DNA of 64,000 nucleotides from Candidatus Binatia bacterium (GTDB lineage: Bacteria; Desulfobacterota; Binatia; Bin18). Position 1 is the first letter of the stretch. Every line of letters begins with the position of its first letter. The translations under genes were made by a program, and so were the position numbers. The stretch is taken from assembly GCA_963422435.1 (NCBI GenBank), contig OY729511.1, positions 549,420-613,419 of the forward strand. The letters are read 5' to 3'. Shown piece after piece: positions 38,193-47,180 of this stretch. The notes under the pieces were generated by a model that did no database searches, was not told the origin of the DNA, and saw only the letters and a list, made by a program, of their open reading frames with translations.

Positions 38193-39996
38193 TCAGATTG
38201 TCCCGGTCCCGCAGCAAGCCGATGCCGTTGTACTGGCCATCGAGGTAGTTGTACTGGAGCGTCAGACGGAACGGGTCGCGCGTCAGGGTGATCCCCGGCT
38301 GGACCAGCCAGGAACCCTGCCAGTCGTAGAAGAAGACCAACTGGGGTTTAATCACCCCGGAGCGGAAGGAGGTCGAGATACTCAGCGTATTCACAAACTG
38401 GTGTTGATCGATATTGACCAGAGAGCGGTTCTGGCGACCCGGCTCACTGACCGGAATCGCAAAATGGCCAAAGCCATACGGCCCGGCTGAGGCCAGCGAG
38501 GTGTCGTTAAAATCGACGATATGGGTGCCGAACATCTGCCCGCTGATAATAAAAGACTGCTGGGGGTTGAGGGCACGGATATAACGGTTGATGTCGATGC
38601 CCAGCACCCAGCGCACAACGTGTGAATGGGCAATATCGTTCTCATAGGCCAGCAGCGGCGAGCCGGTGAGGGGATCGATCCCGACCTGGCGGTAACCGGG
38701 TGTGATCTGGCCGCCGGACAGGACCGGTCCGAGGAGGTGCGCGGCGTCAGTATTCTTAAAGAACGGCTCGTCCCAGAAAACGGCGGCCTCGCTGCGGATG
38801 ATCGCGTACCACTTCGGTACGGGAAAAGAGGCGGTCAGGCCGGAGATCGCAATTTTCGGATACAGCACCTTGGCCTGAAAGTGATCGACAATAAATTGAG
38901 AGGCCCGCCCCGCGTTGACCGCCTGCTCAAACGCCGCCAGACTGATCGGGGGACGCTTCCGGGGCGTGACAATGCGCACCTCGGGCGCATCCAGAAACGT
39001 GTAGTAATGCGCCGCAGAGAGCGTCAGCTCGCCGACTCTGGCGGTGACGCGAAAGCCGCCTCGGGTGTCCTTGAAATTCTGTGCCGGCTTTTTGATGACA
39101 CTGCGCATCCCCGGCGGGTTCGGGGTGGACCAGGGTGAGCCGACCGGCACCGGGCTGGAGATATTCTTGTCAAAGGCTCCATAGCCCTCAATGTTCAGTT
39201 CGGAGAAGGGGCCGACATCCTCAAAGCTGTACACGGCCCGCACCATGTCCAGGGGCACGCGGCGGTCATCCAGGGAAACGAGGAAACCGCCGAAGCTGGC
39301 ATCGAGCGGATTGATCTGATCCAGCAGCCGAAAGGCGTCGGTCTCTCCCCAGGACAGGTTTTGGCGTCCAATGCGCAAAAAGAGCGCCTCCCACGACAGA
39401 TCGACATAGGCTTCAAACAGCCGATGCCGCATGCGCAGGCTGCGGCGCGTGTTGACGCGCGAGCAGTCGGCAAACTGACGCGGACTGGTCCGCTTTTGCT
39501 TACTGGGCTGCCCACAGTTGGAGAGCAGGGGAAAGCGCTCGCGGAACACGTCGGGCCCATAGTCCCAGACACCGTCGTACTCCCCCCGATAGGTGATGAA
39601 ATAACTGATGTCTTCAAGCTGGAGCCACTGCAGCGGCTTGCGCAGCGGTGCCAGCAGGCTGAGATGGCCCTCATAGCTGCCCTCAACCAGGTCCACCAGG
39701 TCGTGTCGCAATTCGACTTGGACGAAGGAGCGGTTCTGGAGCATATTGAAGGCATTATACGGCGTCTGGAGACGGGTGTTCCCGCCCGCGTTCTCCACGG
39801 CCAGAGCCGTCCGATTATACACCCGGCCGTTAAAGCGCAGTGTTTGGGCCTCGTCCAGAAAGCGGGCGTCTATCAGGGCCGGCCAGAGCAGGACGCCCGC
39901 GACCAGGCTGCTCACGCACAACAGCCCGGCCCGCCGCAGGCACGCGGGAGTGCGCTTATTCGTCGTCGTTTGCCTACCCTGCACGCGGTGCCTCAT
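38167..39996 (-). CDS. DUF1302-like outer-membrane beta-barrel protein
   Basis: Signal-like N-terminus, RIGRQNLSWGETD, DQINPLD and C-terminal Phe; adjacent to a DUF1329-like gene. Confidence 0.7.
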   Translation of the reverse strand: MRHRVQGRQTTTNKRTPACLRRAGLLCVSSLVAGVLLWPALIDARFLDEAQTLRFNGRVYNRTALAVENAGGNTRLQTPYNAFNMLQNRSFVQVELRHDLVDLVEGSYEGHLSLLAPLRKPLQWLQLEDISYFITYRGEYDGVWDYGPDVFRERFPLLSNCGQPSKQKRTSPRQFADCSRVNTRRSLRMRHRLFEAYVDLSWEALFLRIGRQNLSWGETDAFRLLDQINPLDASFGGFLVSLDDRRVPLDMVRAVYSFEDVGPFSELNIEGYGAFDKNISSPVPVGSPWSTPNPPGMRSVIKKPAQNFKDTRGGFRVTARVGELTLSAAHYYTFLDAPEVRIVTPRKRPPISLAAFEQAVNAGRASQFIVDHFQAKVLYPKIAISGLTASFPVPKWYAIIRSEAAVFWDEPFFKNTDAAHLLGPVLSGGQITPGYRQVGIDPLTGSPLLAYENDIAHSHVVRWVLGIDINRYIRALNPQQSFIISGQMFGTHIVDFNDTSLASAGPYGFGHFAIPVSEPGRQNRSLVNIDQHQFVNTLSISTSFRSGVIKPQLVFFYDWQGSWLVQPGITLTRDPFRLTLQYNYLDGQYNGIGLLRDRDNLITQLEVVF

Positions 39997-40012
39997 CGCT
40001 GGGAGCTCCGCT

Positions 40013-41296
40013 TCACTTCCCCAGACGGACCATCTCTTTGACCGTGAACTTTCTGGGTTTGAGCGGTTTGTTGACCAGGACCTCGTCGGCGGTCCACAGG
40101 GCGGCGCGATTGCTTTTGTAGTCAATCCAGACATTGCCCAGGTGGAGATGCGTGCCCTTTACCTCGGCATTGTCGGGGTCATCGGCCGGGTCGCCAAAGG
40201 TGTGGAACAAGGTCCGCCAATGATTGCCCTCCCGGTCATACACGACAACGCAAAAGACCGAATAAATCTGCCGGTCAATATAAAAGCGCCGCATGCCATA
40301 CGGATGGCCGGCATCGTTGGGGGTTGCTTCCAGAACGACGACCTTACGCAACTCCCACGGCGACTGGGGATACCAGCCGCCTTTGCCGCCATACTCCGGG
40401 GGCGCTCCGCCAATGAAACCCGGCATCAGCATCACCTGCTCGCCCAGATACTTCCAGGTGTAGTTGTGAAGATAGCCCTGAAAGCCGGCGTGATCTTCGA
40501 TGAGAAAATTCGCCTCGAATGAGGACGCCTGATGATTGACGACGATACTCCGCGTGCGGCGGCTCTGCGGGTCGTACGCCCAGCCCTTCTGGTTGGTCGT
40601 GTCCGCCGCGTAGTGAAAAGTGAGACTCTGGGCCCCTTCAAGGTCCTGGGGGCTCATGACAATCGAGTGTTCTCGCCACCAGGTCCCTTCCTTTTCCCAT
40701 TTCGAGACGTTGAATCCTGGATTCGGACGGAACATGCCGTACCTGCGTGAATAGCGGGTGTCTACCGCCCGTTCGGTATTGCCGGAGCTGTTGATCGTAC
40801 GCAGCACCCCCGCGGTGACAAGCGTGTCACCCATATAGCGCATGCGATAATTCTAGCGCATGCGATAATTCCAGGCGGCCTGGAGCCCGGCTTGCGGGTC
40901 GGCTGGATCAATCAGGGGAAAAGGCTGGCCCAGCGTATAGTTCTGGAGTTCGCCGTTGGCGTCGAGTTGGGCCTGGCCGGCGTGTTGGATCGACGCCTGC
41001 CTATAGGCCTCAAGGATAGGAAAATCCGTTGTCGCCTGCACGGGAATCTCAAAATCTCCGGCTTGGACAACGCGGACGATCTCCGGCGGCAACACCTTTT
41101 CGGCAAGCTGAACATTCTCTTTGGTCAGCGTCATGCCGGGCGTAATTCCCTCAATCTGGGGGCTGCCGTTGCGGTACGGCAGAAAGCCGTCCAGCAGTTT
41201 CTGGTCTCCGTCCTGGGCATACGCGCCGGCCGACAACAGGCCCAGCAGGCTCAGTATGCCGACGAGAAAAAGAACGCTCCGGTTTCTTATTCGCAT
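40013..41296 (-). pseudogene. DUF1329-like (LolA-like) exported protein split by an 18-bp tandem duplication that creates TAG
   Basis: TAGCGCATGCGATAATTC occurs at 40836-40853 and 40854-40871. Removing one copy restores WNYRMRYMGD. Confidence 0.85.
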
Positions 41297-41385
41297 GCGG
41301 CCCCCTCATCTGAGTGAATGTTCATTTTCTTGTAGAGACGCACAGCTTCACACGCAAGAGGCAGGCTTGAGAAGCGCCTTATCTC

Positions 41386-41415
41386 TTGACAGCCCCGAGT
41401 GCTCTCAGATAAAAT
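41386..41415 (+). promoter_or_regulatory. Putative sigma70 promoter of the DyP gene
   Basis: TTGACA-18nt-TAAAAT. Confidence 0.55.
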
Positions 41416-41460
41416 GGATGCATATTCATTCTTAATAATTTTGGAGGCAAGGAGGGCCTT

Positions 41461-42381
41461 ATGGCAACACCACAACCAGCAGTTCTCAATAGAAATATGG
41501 GCCAGCACCAGTGGTACGTTCACCTCAGCCGCCTGGACGGCGCTGATATGGGCGTGATCAAGTCCGCGGTCCAGCAGTTGCGCAAAGACTGTGCCGACAA
41601 AGACATCAATCTGACCATCGGTCTTGGACCATCGCTCCTCTCCGATCTCACGGATGATGTGCCCAACGATTTTCAGCCCTACGAAACGTTCAAGTCGATT
41701 GATGGCAGTGGCAAGGAAGCCAAGGGCACCCAGGAAGAACTCCTGTTCTGGCTGAACAGCGACAAAAAGGATGAGGTCTGGAAAGCCCAGTGGGACGCTC
41801 GGGAAGCTCTGAAAGGGCATATGCGGGTGGCCCGCGAGACCATGACCTTCATCTTTGGCGATTCGCTCGACCTGTCCGGCTTCAAAGATGGCACCGGCAA
41901 CCCCGAGCCCGAGCGGGATGTTGAAGTCGCCGTCGTTCCAGATGGCGGGCCGGGCGCGGGCGGGAGCTTCATTATCGCCCAGCGTTGGATTCATGACCTG
42001 GAAGCCTTTAATCTCCTGCCGGTTGAAGAGCAGGAGAAAGTCTTTGGTCGGACCAAGGCTGACTCAACCCGCCTGTCTCCCCAGCCCTCTCCCTCCCATC
42101 TCTCGCATGTCGAGTTGCGAGAGGGCAGAACGGGCGACGACAGCACTCCCAAGCGAGACGAGATTTCACGCCGTTCGACCCCGTACGCCTTCCACGATGG
42201 CACGGTCGGCCTGTACTTCATGGCCTTCTGTAAGAGCCAAGCCCCGCTGCGGGAGCGGATGCGGGCCATGTACGGCATGGACGGCCAGGAACGCGACCGG
42301 CTCACCTCGTACAGCAACCCGGCCTCCGGTTCGTTCTACTTTGCTCCGTCGGTGGAAACGCTCGACGCCGCGCTGTCGTAA
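41461..42381 (+). CDS. DyP-type peroxidase
   Basis: GFKDGTGNP, AQRWIHDL, FGRTK, SHLSHV and RRSTPY. Confidence 0.88.
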   Translation: MATPQPAVLNRNMGQHQWYVHLSRLDGADMGVIKSAVQQLRKDCADKDINLTIGLGPSLLSDLTDDVPNDFQPYETFKSIDGSGKEAKGTQEELLFWLNSDKKDEVWKAQWDAREALKGHMRVARETMTFIFGDSLDLSGFKDGTGNPEPERDVEVAVVPDGGPGAGGSFIIAQRWIHDLEAFNLLPVEEQEKVFGRTKADSTRLSPQPSPSHLSHVELREGRTGDDSTPKRDEISRRSTPYAFHDGTVGLYFMAFCKSQAPLRERMRAMYGMDGQERDRLTSYSNPASGSFYFAPSVETLDAALS

Positions 42382-42412
42382 ACCGTTTTCGTACAGTCCA
42401 GACGCTCTTGTC

Positions 42413-42447
42413 AAAAGAGGGACGGCCATGCGGCGCGTCCCTCTTTT
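42413..42447. terminator. Bidirectional-type terminator
   Basis: AAAAGAGGGACG / CGTCCCTCTTTT is a perfect 12-bp stem. Confidence 0.8.
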
Positions 42448-42502
42448 CGTCTGTCAAGCGGCAAACCCGCTATCTTCCCGTCCTCCACCCTCTCCCTGGA
42501 AT

Positions 42503-42598
42503 TAGAGCAAATCACGGCGCCCGTCCTCTGGGTGCCGGATCACGTCCGGCATGACGCGAGCCCCCCGGAACGGTGAGCGCCTATTGTGAAACGCTCTA
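42503..42598. mobile_element. Putative MITE with TA-flanked imperfect terminal inverted repeats
   Basis: TAGAGCAAATCAC ... GTGAAACGCTCTA (10/13 complementary); internal hairpin TGCCGGA-TCACG-TCCGGCA at 42533-42551. Confidence 0.5.
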
Positions 42599-42667
42599 GG
42601 GATCCCTCTTTCACTTGGCCCACCTGCGCGCGCATCAAGCGCACCGGAGAGAGTGTTCGGCCCATCC

Positions 42668-43273
42668 TTACTCGGAATCGGTCTCGGGCCGTAAGATGGC
42701 AATATACGGCAGGTTGCGATAGCGGCCGGCAAAGTCAAGCCCATAGCCCACCGCAAACACGTCTTCGATGACAAAACAGCGAAAGTCCGCCTCACACTCT
42801 ACTCTCCGACGGACAGGTTTGTCGAGCAACACACAGGTTTTGACTTCACGCGCGCCGTGTTGCAAGAGCGCTCCGCGGAGAAACGTGAGCGTCCGACCCG
42901 TATCAAGAATGTCATCGACCAGGAGAATACGCTGCTCCCGGATTTCCTGCTCGGTCGGGAAATAGTCCAGGCTGAGCCTGCCGCTCGTTGTCCCGTCTCC
43001 ATAGCTCGATACAGCGGCAAAGCTCAGGTAGAGCGGGAAGGGAAGCCGACGGATAACATCCGCCGTAAAGAGACAGCCGCCTTTGAGCACCGACACCACC
43101 GTACAGGGCGCGTCCCGGTAATAGGCCGCGACTTCCTGGGCAACGCGGCCTATCCCTGCTCGGATTTCTGTCTCCGTGAACAGAATACGCTCAATATCCT
43201 TTGCCACGTCGTCGCTCCTGGACCATTCCGCAGTGTTTCTCCGTTCCGCGGGTGGAGCAGAGAGATGCTTCAT
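42668..43273 (-). CDS. hpt: Hypoxanthine phosphoribosyltransferase
   Basis: VLKGG, VSSYGDGT, LLVDDILDTGRT, LLDKP and VGYGLD. Confidence 0.93.
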   Translation of the reverse strand: MKHLSAPPAERRNTAEWSRSDDVAKDIERILFTETEIRAGIGRVAQEVAAYYRDAPCTVVSVLKGGCLFTADVIRRLPFPLYLSFAAVSSYGDGTTSGRLSLDYFPTEQEIREQRILLVDDILDTGRTLTFLRGALLQHGAREVKTCVLLDKPVRRRVECEADFRCFVIEDVFAVGYGLDFAGRYRNLPYIAILRPETDSE

Positions 43274-43703
43274 CTGGGCGCGGCTTCGGTCTGGAGTGCC
43301 AGCGTTTGTCAGGACCCTCGTCAAAGCGGGGCAGGGCATCCCGGATCTCATACCAGGGCGCTTTATGACTCACCCATATATGGCCCTTGGGGCGTACGCC
43401 CGGATCATCGTCCAAGGTTCCGATACGAAGGAGGATGGTCTGTGGATCACGGTCACAATACGCATACACGTGCGAGCCGCATCGAGAACAAAAACAGCGC
43501 CTTTTTCCGGGCGACGACTCATAGGCGGTAAGCGCCTCCTGGCCGGTCACAATGGTGAACCCCGTCGTCGTCACCAGCGCACTCGACCCATATAGCGTGC
43601 CATTGATCTTGCGACACGTATGGCAGTGGCAGTGCAGGAAGCCGCGAATCTCCTCGGTGATTTCAAATCGAACGGTCTGGCAGTGACAGCTTCCTGTGAC
43701 CAT
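43191..43703 (-). CDS. GFA/CENP-V family protein
   Basis: GSCHC, CHCHTCRK and FCSRCGS. The last ~35 aa overlap hpt and look non-homologous. Confidence 0.85.
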   Translation of the reverse strand: MVTGSCHCQTVRFEITEEIRGFLHCHCHTCRKINGTLYGSSALVTTTGFTIVTGQEALTAYESSPGKRRCFCSRCGSHVYAYCDRDPQTILLRIGTLDDDPGVRPKGHIWVSHKAPWYEIRDALPRFDEGPDKRWHSRPKPRPDEASLCSTRGTEKHCGMVQERRRGKGY

Positions 43704-43718
43704 ATCTCCCCCTCCGGC

Positions 43719-44558
43719 TTACTGTCCTTCTGGAGCGTTGGGAAAAAAGAGCGGCTGGCCGGCGATAGTATAGCCGGCAATCAGACTTTGGCCTTCCGGC
43801 CCGACCAGCCAGTCGATGAACTGCTGGCCCAGGCCGGCTTTCACATGCGGGTGTTTGGCCGGATTCACCAGGATCACTCCGTATTGGTTGAAAAGCTGCG
43901 GGTCCCCTTCCACCAGGATAGTGTAGTCAGCCTTGTTCCGAAAACTCAACCAGGTGCCGCGGTCGGTCAGCGTGTAGGCCCGCATCCCGACCGCTATGTT
44001 CAGGGTTGCCCCCATGCCGGCGCCGGCCTCTCGATACCATCTCCCGGCACCCGCCCGCGGATCGACCGCGGCGACTTTCCACAACGCCTGCTCTTTTTTA
44101 TGGGTGCCGCTCTCATCTCCGCGCGAGACAAATGCCGCTTGGGTTTGGGCAATTTTTCCGAGTGCCGCTCCGGCCCCCGGCAGACCAGCAATGGCCGCCG
44201 GGTCGTTCGCCGGCCCAATAATCACAAAATCGTTGTACATGACATTAGAGCGTTTCACCCCCCAGCCCGCGGCGACAAAGGCTTCTTCTTCAGGCTTGGC
44301 ATGTGCCAGCAGCACGTCGCCATCGCCGTTGCGGGCGTTCTTGAGCGCCTGACCCGTCCCGACCGCGACTATGCGTACTTCGATTCCCGTCTTGGTTTGA
44401 AAACGGGGCAGGATGGCGTCAAACAAGCCGGAGTTCTGGATCGAGGTCGTTGACTGGAGAATAATAAAACGCCCCTCGGCCTGTCCTGTCCCGCCGCAGA
44501 GCAGCCCCAGCACCAAGCTGAGAGCGGCCCGGGCTCCCCACAGTCGCAGTGTTGGCAT
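43719..44558 (-). CDS. tupA: Tungstate ABC transporter substrate-binding protein
   Basis: STTS, AVGTGQAL, YNDFV and SRGDESGTH. Confidence 0.88.
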   Translation of the reverse strand: MPTLRLWGARAALSLVLGLLCGGTGQAEGRFIILQSTTSIQNSGLFDAILPRFQTKTGIEVRIVAVGTGQALKNARNGDGDVLLAHAKPEEEAFVAAGWGVKRSNVMYNDFVIIGPANDPAAIAGLPGAGAALGKIAQTQAAFVSRGDESGTHKKEQALWKVAAVDPRAGAGRWYREAGAGMGATLNIAVGMRAYTLTDRGTWLSFRNKADYTILVEGDPQLFNQYGVILVNPAKHPHVKAGLGQQFIDWLVGPEGQSLIAGYTIAGQPLFFPNAPEGQ

Positions 44559-44573
44559 ACGACATTCTCTTCC

Positions 44574-45266
44574 TTACGGAACGACCCGCCCCTGCTCAAG
44601 CAAAACAACTTCGTCGGCGAGACGCCAGGCCTGACCTCTATCGTGGGTCACCAGGATGATCTTCGTCCCCCGCTTATGCGCGGCGAGAATCAGCTCTTCA
44701 ATCGCTGCGACGGAAGCCGGGTCCAGACTGACGGTCGGTTCATCGAGCAGCAGCACCTCCGGCTCAAGGACCAGGGCGCGCGCCAGGGCAACGCGTTGTT
44801 GCTCGCCCTGGGAGAGGACTCGGGCCGGGCGGTCCACGAGGTGAGAGAGGCCGGCAAGTTCCAGGATGTGCCGCAGCCGCTCTTCTCTTGCGGCACGGGT
44901 ATACCGGCGCAGCTTGAGCACGAAACGCAGGTTGGCTCCCACAGACCGCCGCAGTAAAACCGGGCGCTGGAACACGAGCGCTTGTCGCGGTCGAGCCTGG
45001 TCTATCCGCAGGGTTTCCCCCCAGCGGATCTCCCCGGCGGTTGGGGGAAGCAAGCCGTGCAGCAGTCGCAGGAGGAGGCTCTTGCCCGCTCCGTTCGGAC
45101 CCATGATGATCGTGCGGCTGTCCTGCTCGATGGTCAGGTCGATGCCATCAATGAGGCGATGTGTACCCACCCTATACACAAGCTGGCGCACCTTGAGCGG
45201 AAACAAGGACTGAGCGGCATCGGTCGATACACGCGCGCGTTGCGCGGTTGCTACGGCGCTAGGCAT
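44574..45266 (-). CDS. tupC: Tungstate ABC transporter ATPase
   Basis: GPNGAGKS, LSQGEQQR and LLDEP. Confidence 0.82.
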   Translation of the reverse strand: MPSAVATAQRARVSTDAAQSLFPLKVRQLVYRVGTHRLIDGIDLTIEQDSRTIIMGPNGAGKSLLLRLLHGLLPPTAGEIRWGETLRIDQARPRQALVFQRPVLLRRSVGANLRFVLKLRRYTRAAREERLRHILELAGLSHLVDRPARVLSQGEQQRVALARALVLEPEVLLLDEPTVSLDPASVAAIEELILAAHKRGTKIILVTHDRGQAWRLADEVVLLEQGRVVP

Positions 45267-45966
45267 AGGCGCGGTTGGATGCGCCGAGGCGCAGGAACGA
45301 CACGGTGGCATTGACGCTCAGCGCAATCAGCATGAGAATCAGACCCAGCGCCAGGGCAAGCGCCAAGTCCCCCTTTGAGGTTTCCAGCGCAATGGCAGTG
45401 GTCATCACCCGCGTGACGTGCTTGATATTTCCCCCAACAATAATCACCGCGCCCACTTCCGCAACGGCCCGCCCGAAGCCGGCCAGAGCCACGGTCAGGA
45501 GGCTATACCGGGCGTCCCACAGCAGGGCGGCGGCAGCCGTCTTCGGCGGAACCCCCAGCGATAAGAACTGCTCTCGGTATTCGCTGTAGAGGTCCTCGAT
45601 CACTTGTCGTGACAGGCTGGCGATAATGGGCGTGACCAGAATGGTCTGGGCAATAATCATGGCCGTCGGCGTGTATAGGAGGTGCAACCAGCCAAGCGGG
45701 CCGGCATTGGACAGCGTCATATAGACCAGCAGGCCAACCACAACCGGGGGGAGGCCCATCAAAGCGTTGAAAAGGACGATGACTACACTCCGACCGGGAA
45801 AACGGGCCAGGCCGAGGGTAGCACCAATACAGAGCCCCATCATACTCGCCAGCACAACCGCACTGATGCTCACTTTGAGTGAAAGGAGGACGATTTCACT
45901 CAACATGGGGTCCGTCGAGACGATGAGCTGAAAGGCCAGGATAAAAGCTTGTCCGAAATCCTGCAT
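45259..45966 (-). CDS. tupB: Tungstate ABC transporter permease
   Basis: LPPVVVGL, GFGRAVAEVGA and RVMTTAIALET. Confidence 0.88.
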   Translation of the reverse strand: MQDFGQAFILAFQLIVSTDPMLSEIVLLSLKVSISAVVLASMMGLCIGATLGLARFPGRSVVIVLFNALMGLPPVVVGLLVYMTLSNAGPLGWLHLLYTPTAMIIAQTILVTPIIASLSRQVIEDLYSEYREQFLSLGVPPKTAAAALLWDARYSLLTVALAGFGRAVAEVGAVIIVGGNIKHVTRVMTTAIALETSKGDLALALALGLILMLIALSVNATVSFLRLGASNRAYA

Positions 45967-45973
45967 GGGATCG

Positions 45974-46897
45974 CTATAGAGTGAATGCGACTTTACCGGC
46001 CTCACGAACCTCATAGCCCCCGAGTGAGGCCGCGCGTTCTTGTAATGCAGGTGAGGTCACGACGTCCAGCAGGGCTTGGACCGGTTTGGCAAAATACAGC
46101 GCTTTGGAAACCAGCAAATCAAACCGCTCCTCAACTATTTCGGTAAATGAGAGGCCCAACAGCTCGGCCACCGACTGGACGGCCAGCCCGACATCCGCCC
46201 GCCCTCGGAGTACGTGCAAGCCCACCTCCCAGTGCGTCCGGGCTTCGACGTCATACCCTGTGATTCGTTCCGGTTTGATCCGGGCCTGCCGGAGTTGCTG
46301 ATCGATGAACCAGCGGACCCCGGACCCAGCCTGGCGGTTCACCAGACGTTTCTTCTTACGCGGCAGTTCGGCCAGCGAGCGTATGGGCCGACTGTCGGGC
46401 CGGGCAATCAATCCGAGCCGGCGGTGCCAGAGGGTCACGGCCACCAGGTCGGGCCGGCCGGCTTGCGACACGAACGGCGCATTATACTCGCCGGTCTCAG
46501 GGTCCAGCAGATGGGCCAGCGCCACATGGGTCTTCGCTTGCTTGAGGGCTTCCAGACCACCGAAGCTGCCCAGATTGGTCGTGTAAAAGAGGTGTTCGGG
46601 GAAACGCCGCCCCGCCAGGTCAAGCAATGCATCAAGCAAGAGATCGTTGCTGCCCGCGATTAAGAGCCCCCGTTCGGGTTCAAACTGGACCGCTTCCGGG
46701 GGCACGGCGGGCGGTATCGTGGTTTGCGCCAGGGAATGCTGCTTGACCCAATCTTCCACCAGGCTTTGCGGAAACAGCCATTTGCCGGTAACGCGCGTAC
46801 ACGGAATCGTGCCGTTTCGGATCAAACGGTAGACCTGCTTTTCGTTGATATGCAGATACGCCGCAACTTCGCGCGTACTCAGCAGGGTTTCGGGCAT
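45974..46897 (-). CDS. Excisionase-type HTH plus PBP-like transcriptional regulator
   Basis: LSTREVAAYLHINEKQVYRL...GKWLF followed by AGSND, GSFGGL and NRQAGSG; first gene of the tup operon. Confidence 0.85.
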   Translation of the reverse strand: MPETLLSTREVAAYLHINEKQVYRLIRNGTIPCTRVTGKWLFPQSLVEDWVKQHSLAQTTIPPAVPPEAVQFEPERGLLIAGSNDLLLDALLDLAGRRFPEHLFYTTNLGSFGGLEALKQAKTHVALAHLLDPETGEYNAPFVSQAGRPDLVAVTLWHRRLGLIARPDSRPIRSLAELPRKKKRLVNRQAGSGVRWFIDQQLRQARIKPERITGYDVEARTHWEVGLHVLRGRADVGLAVQSVAELLGLSFTEIVEERFDLLVSKALYFAKPVQALLDVVTSPALQERAASLGGYEVREAGKVAFTL

Positions 46898-46924
46898 AGC
46901 TTCCTTATGAGAAAAAACTGACTG

Positions 46925-46954
46925 ATTACTACTTATTCAAACTTATTCTGTCAA
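46925..46954 (-). promoter_or_regulatory. Putative promoter/operator of the regulator-tup operon
   Basis: TTGACA (46954-46949)-17nt-TAGTAAT; ACTTATTC direct repeats at 46931 and 46941. Confidence 0.45.
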
Positions 46955-46971
46955 ATACAGACTAGATTCAG

Positions 46972-47112
46972 GCGTGTCTCAGATTCAAATCTTCCTGCAC
47001 CTCTGCCGGCGTAACATCCCCCTCTCCCGCCAGGAGAGAGGGGAAGATCAGAGCCCTTCTCTCAGGGGGCGAGGGGGGAGAGCCACCTGTTGATTTCAGA
47101 CTACGACACTAG
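46972..47112. mobile_element. Degenerate MITE-like element carrying a G/C hairpin
   Basis: GTGTCTCAGATTCAAATC (46974-46991) versus GATTTCAGACTACGACAC-TA (47092-47111), 13/18 complementary; hairpin at 47017-47044. Confidence 0.45.
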
Positions 47113-47180
47113 CCTGTATGCTGACGCTCCTTGTCTCTCCCTCCGGTCTCTGAACACGTCTCATCCAGCGGTCCTGGCGC

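Noticed and set aside
41461-42381. Encapsulin cargo system
   Set aside because: Neither DyP has a targeting peptide and no shell gene is in the window.
45974-46897. Prophage excisionase
   Set aside because: The HTH is fused to a PBP-like domain and heads a tup operon; no phage genes are nearby.
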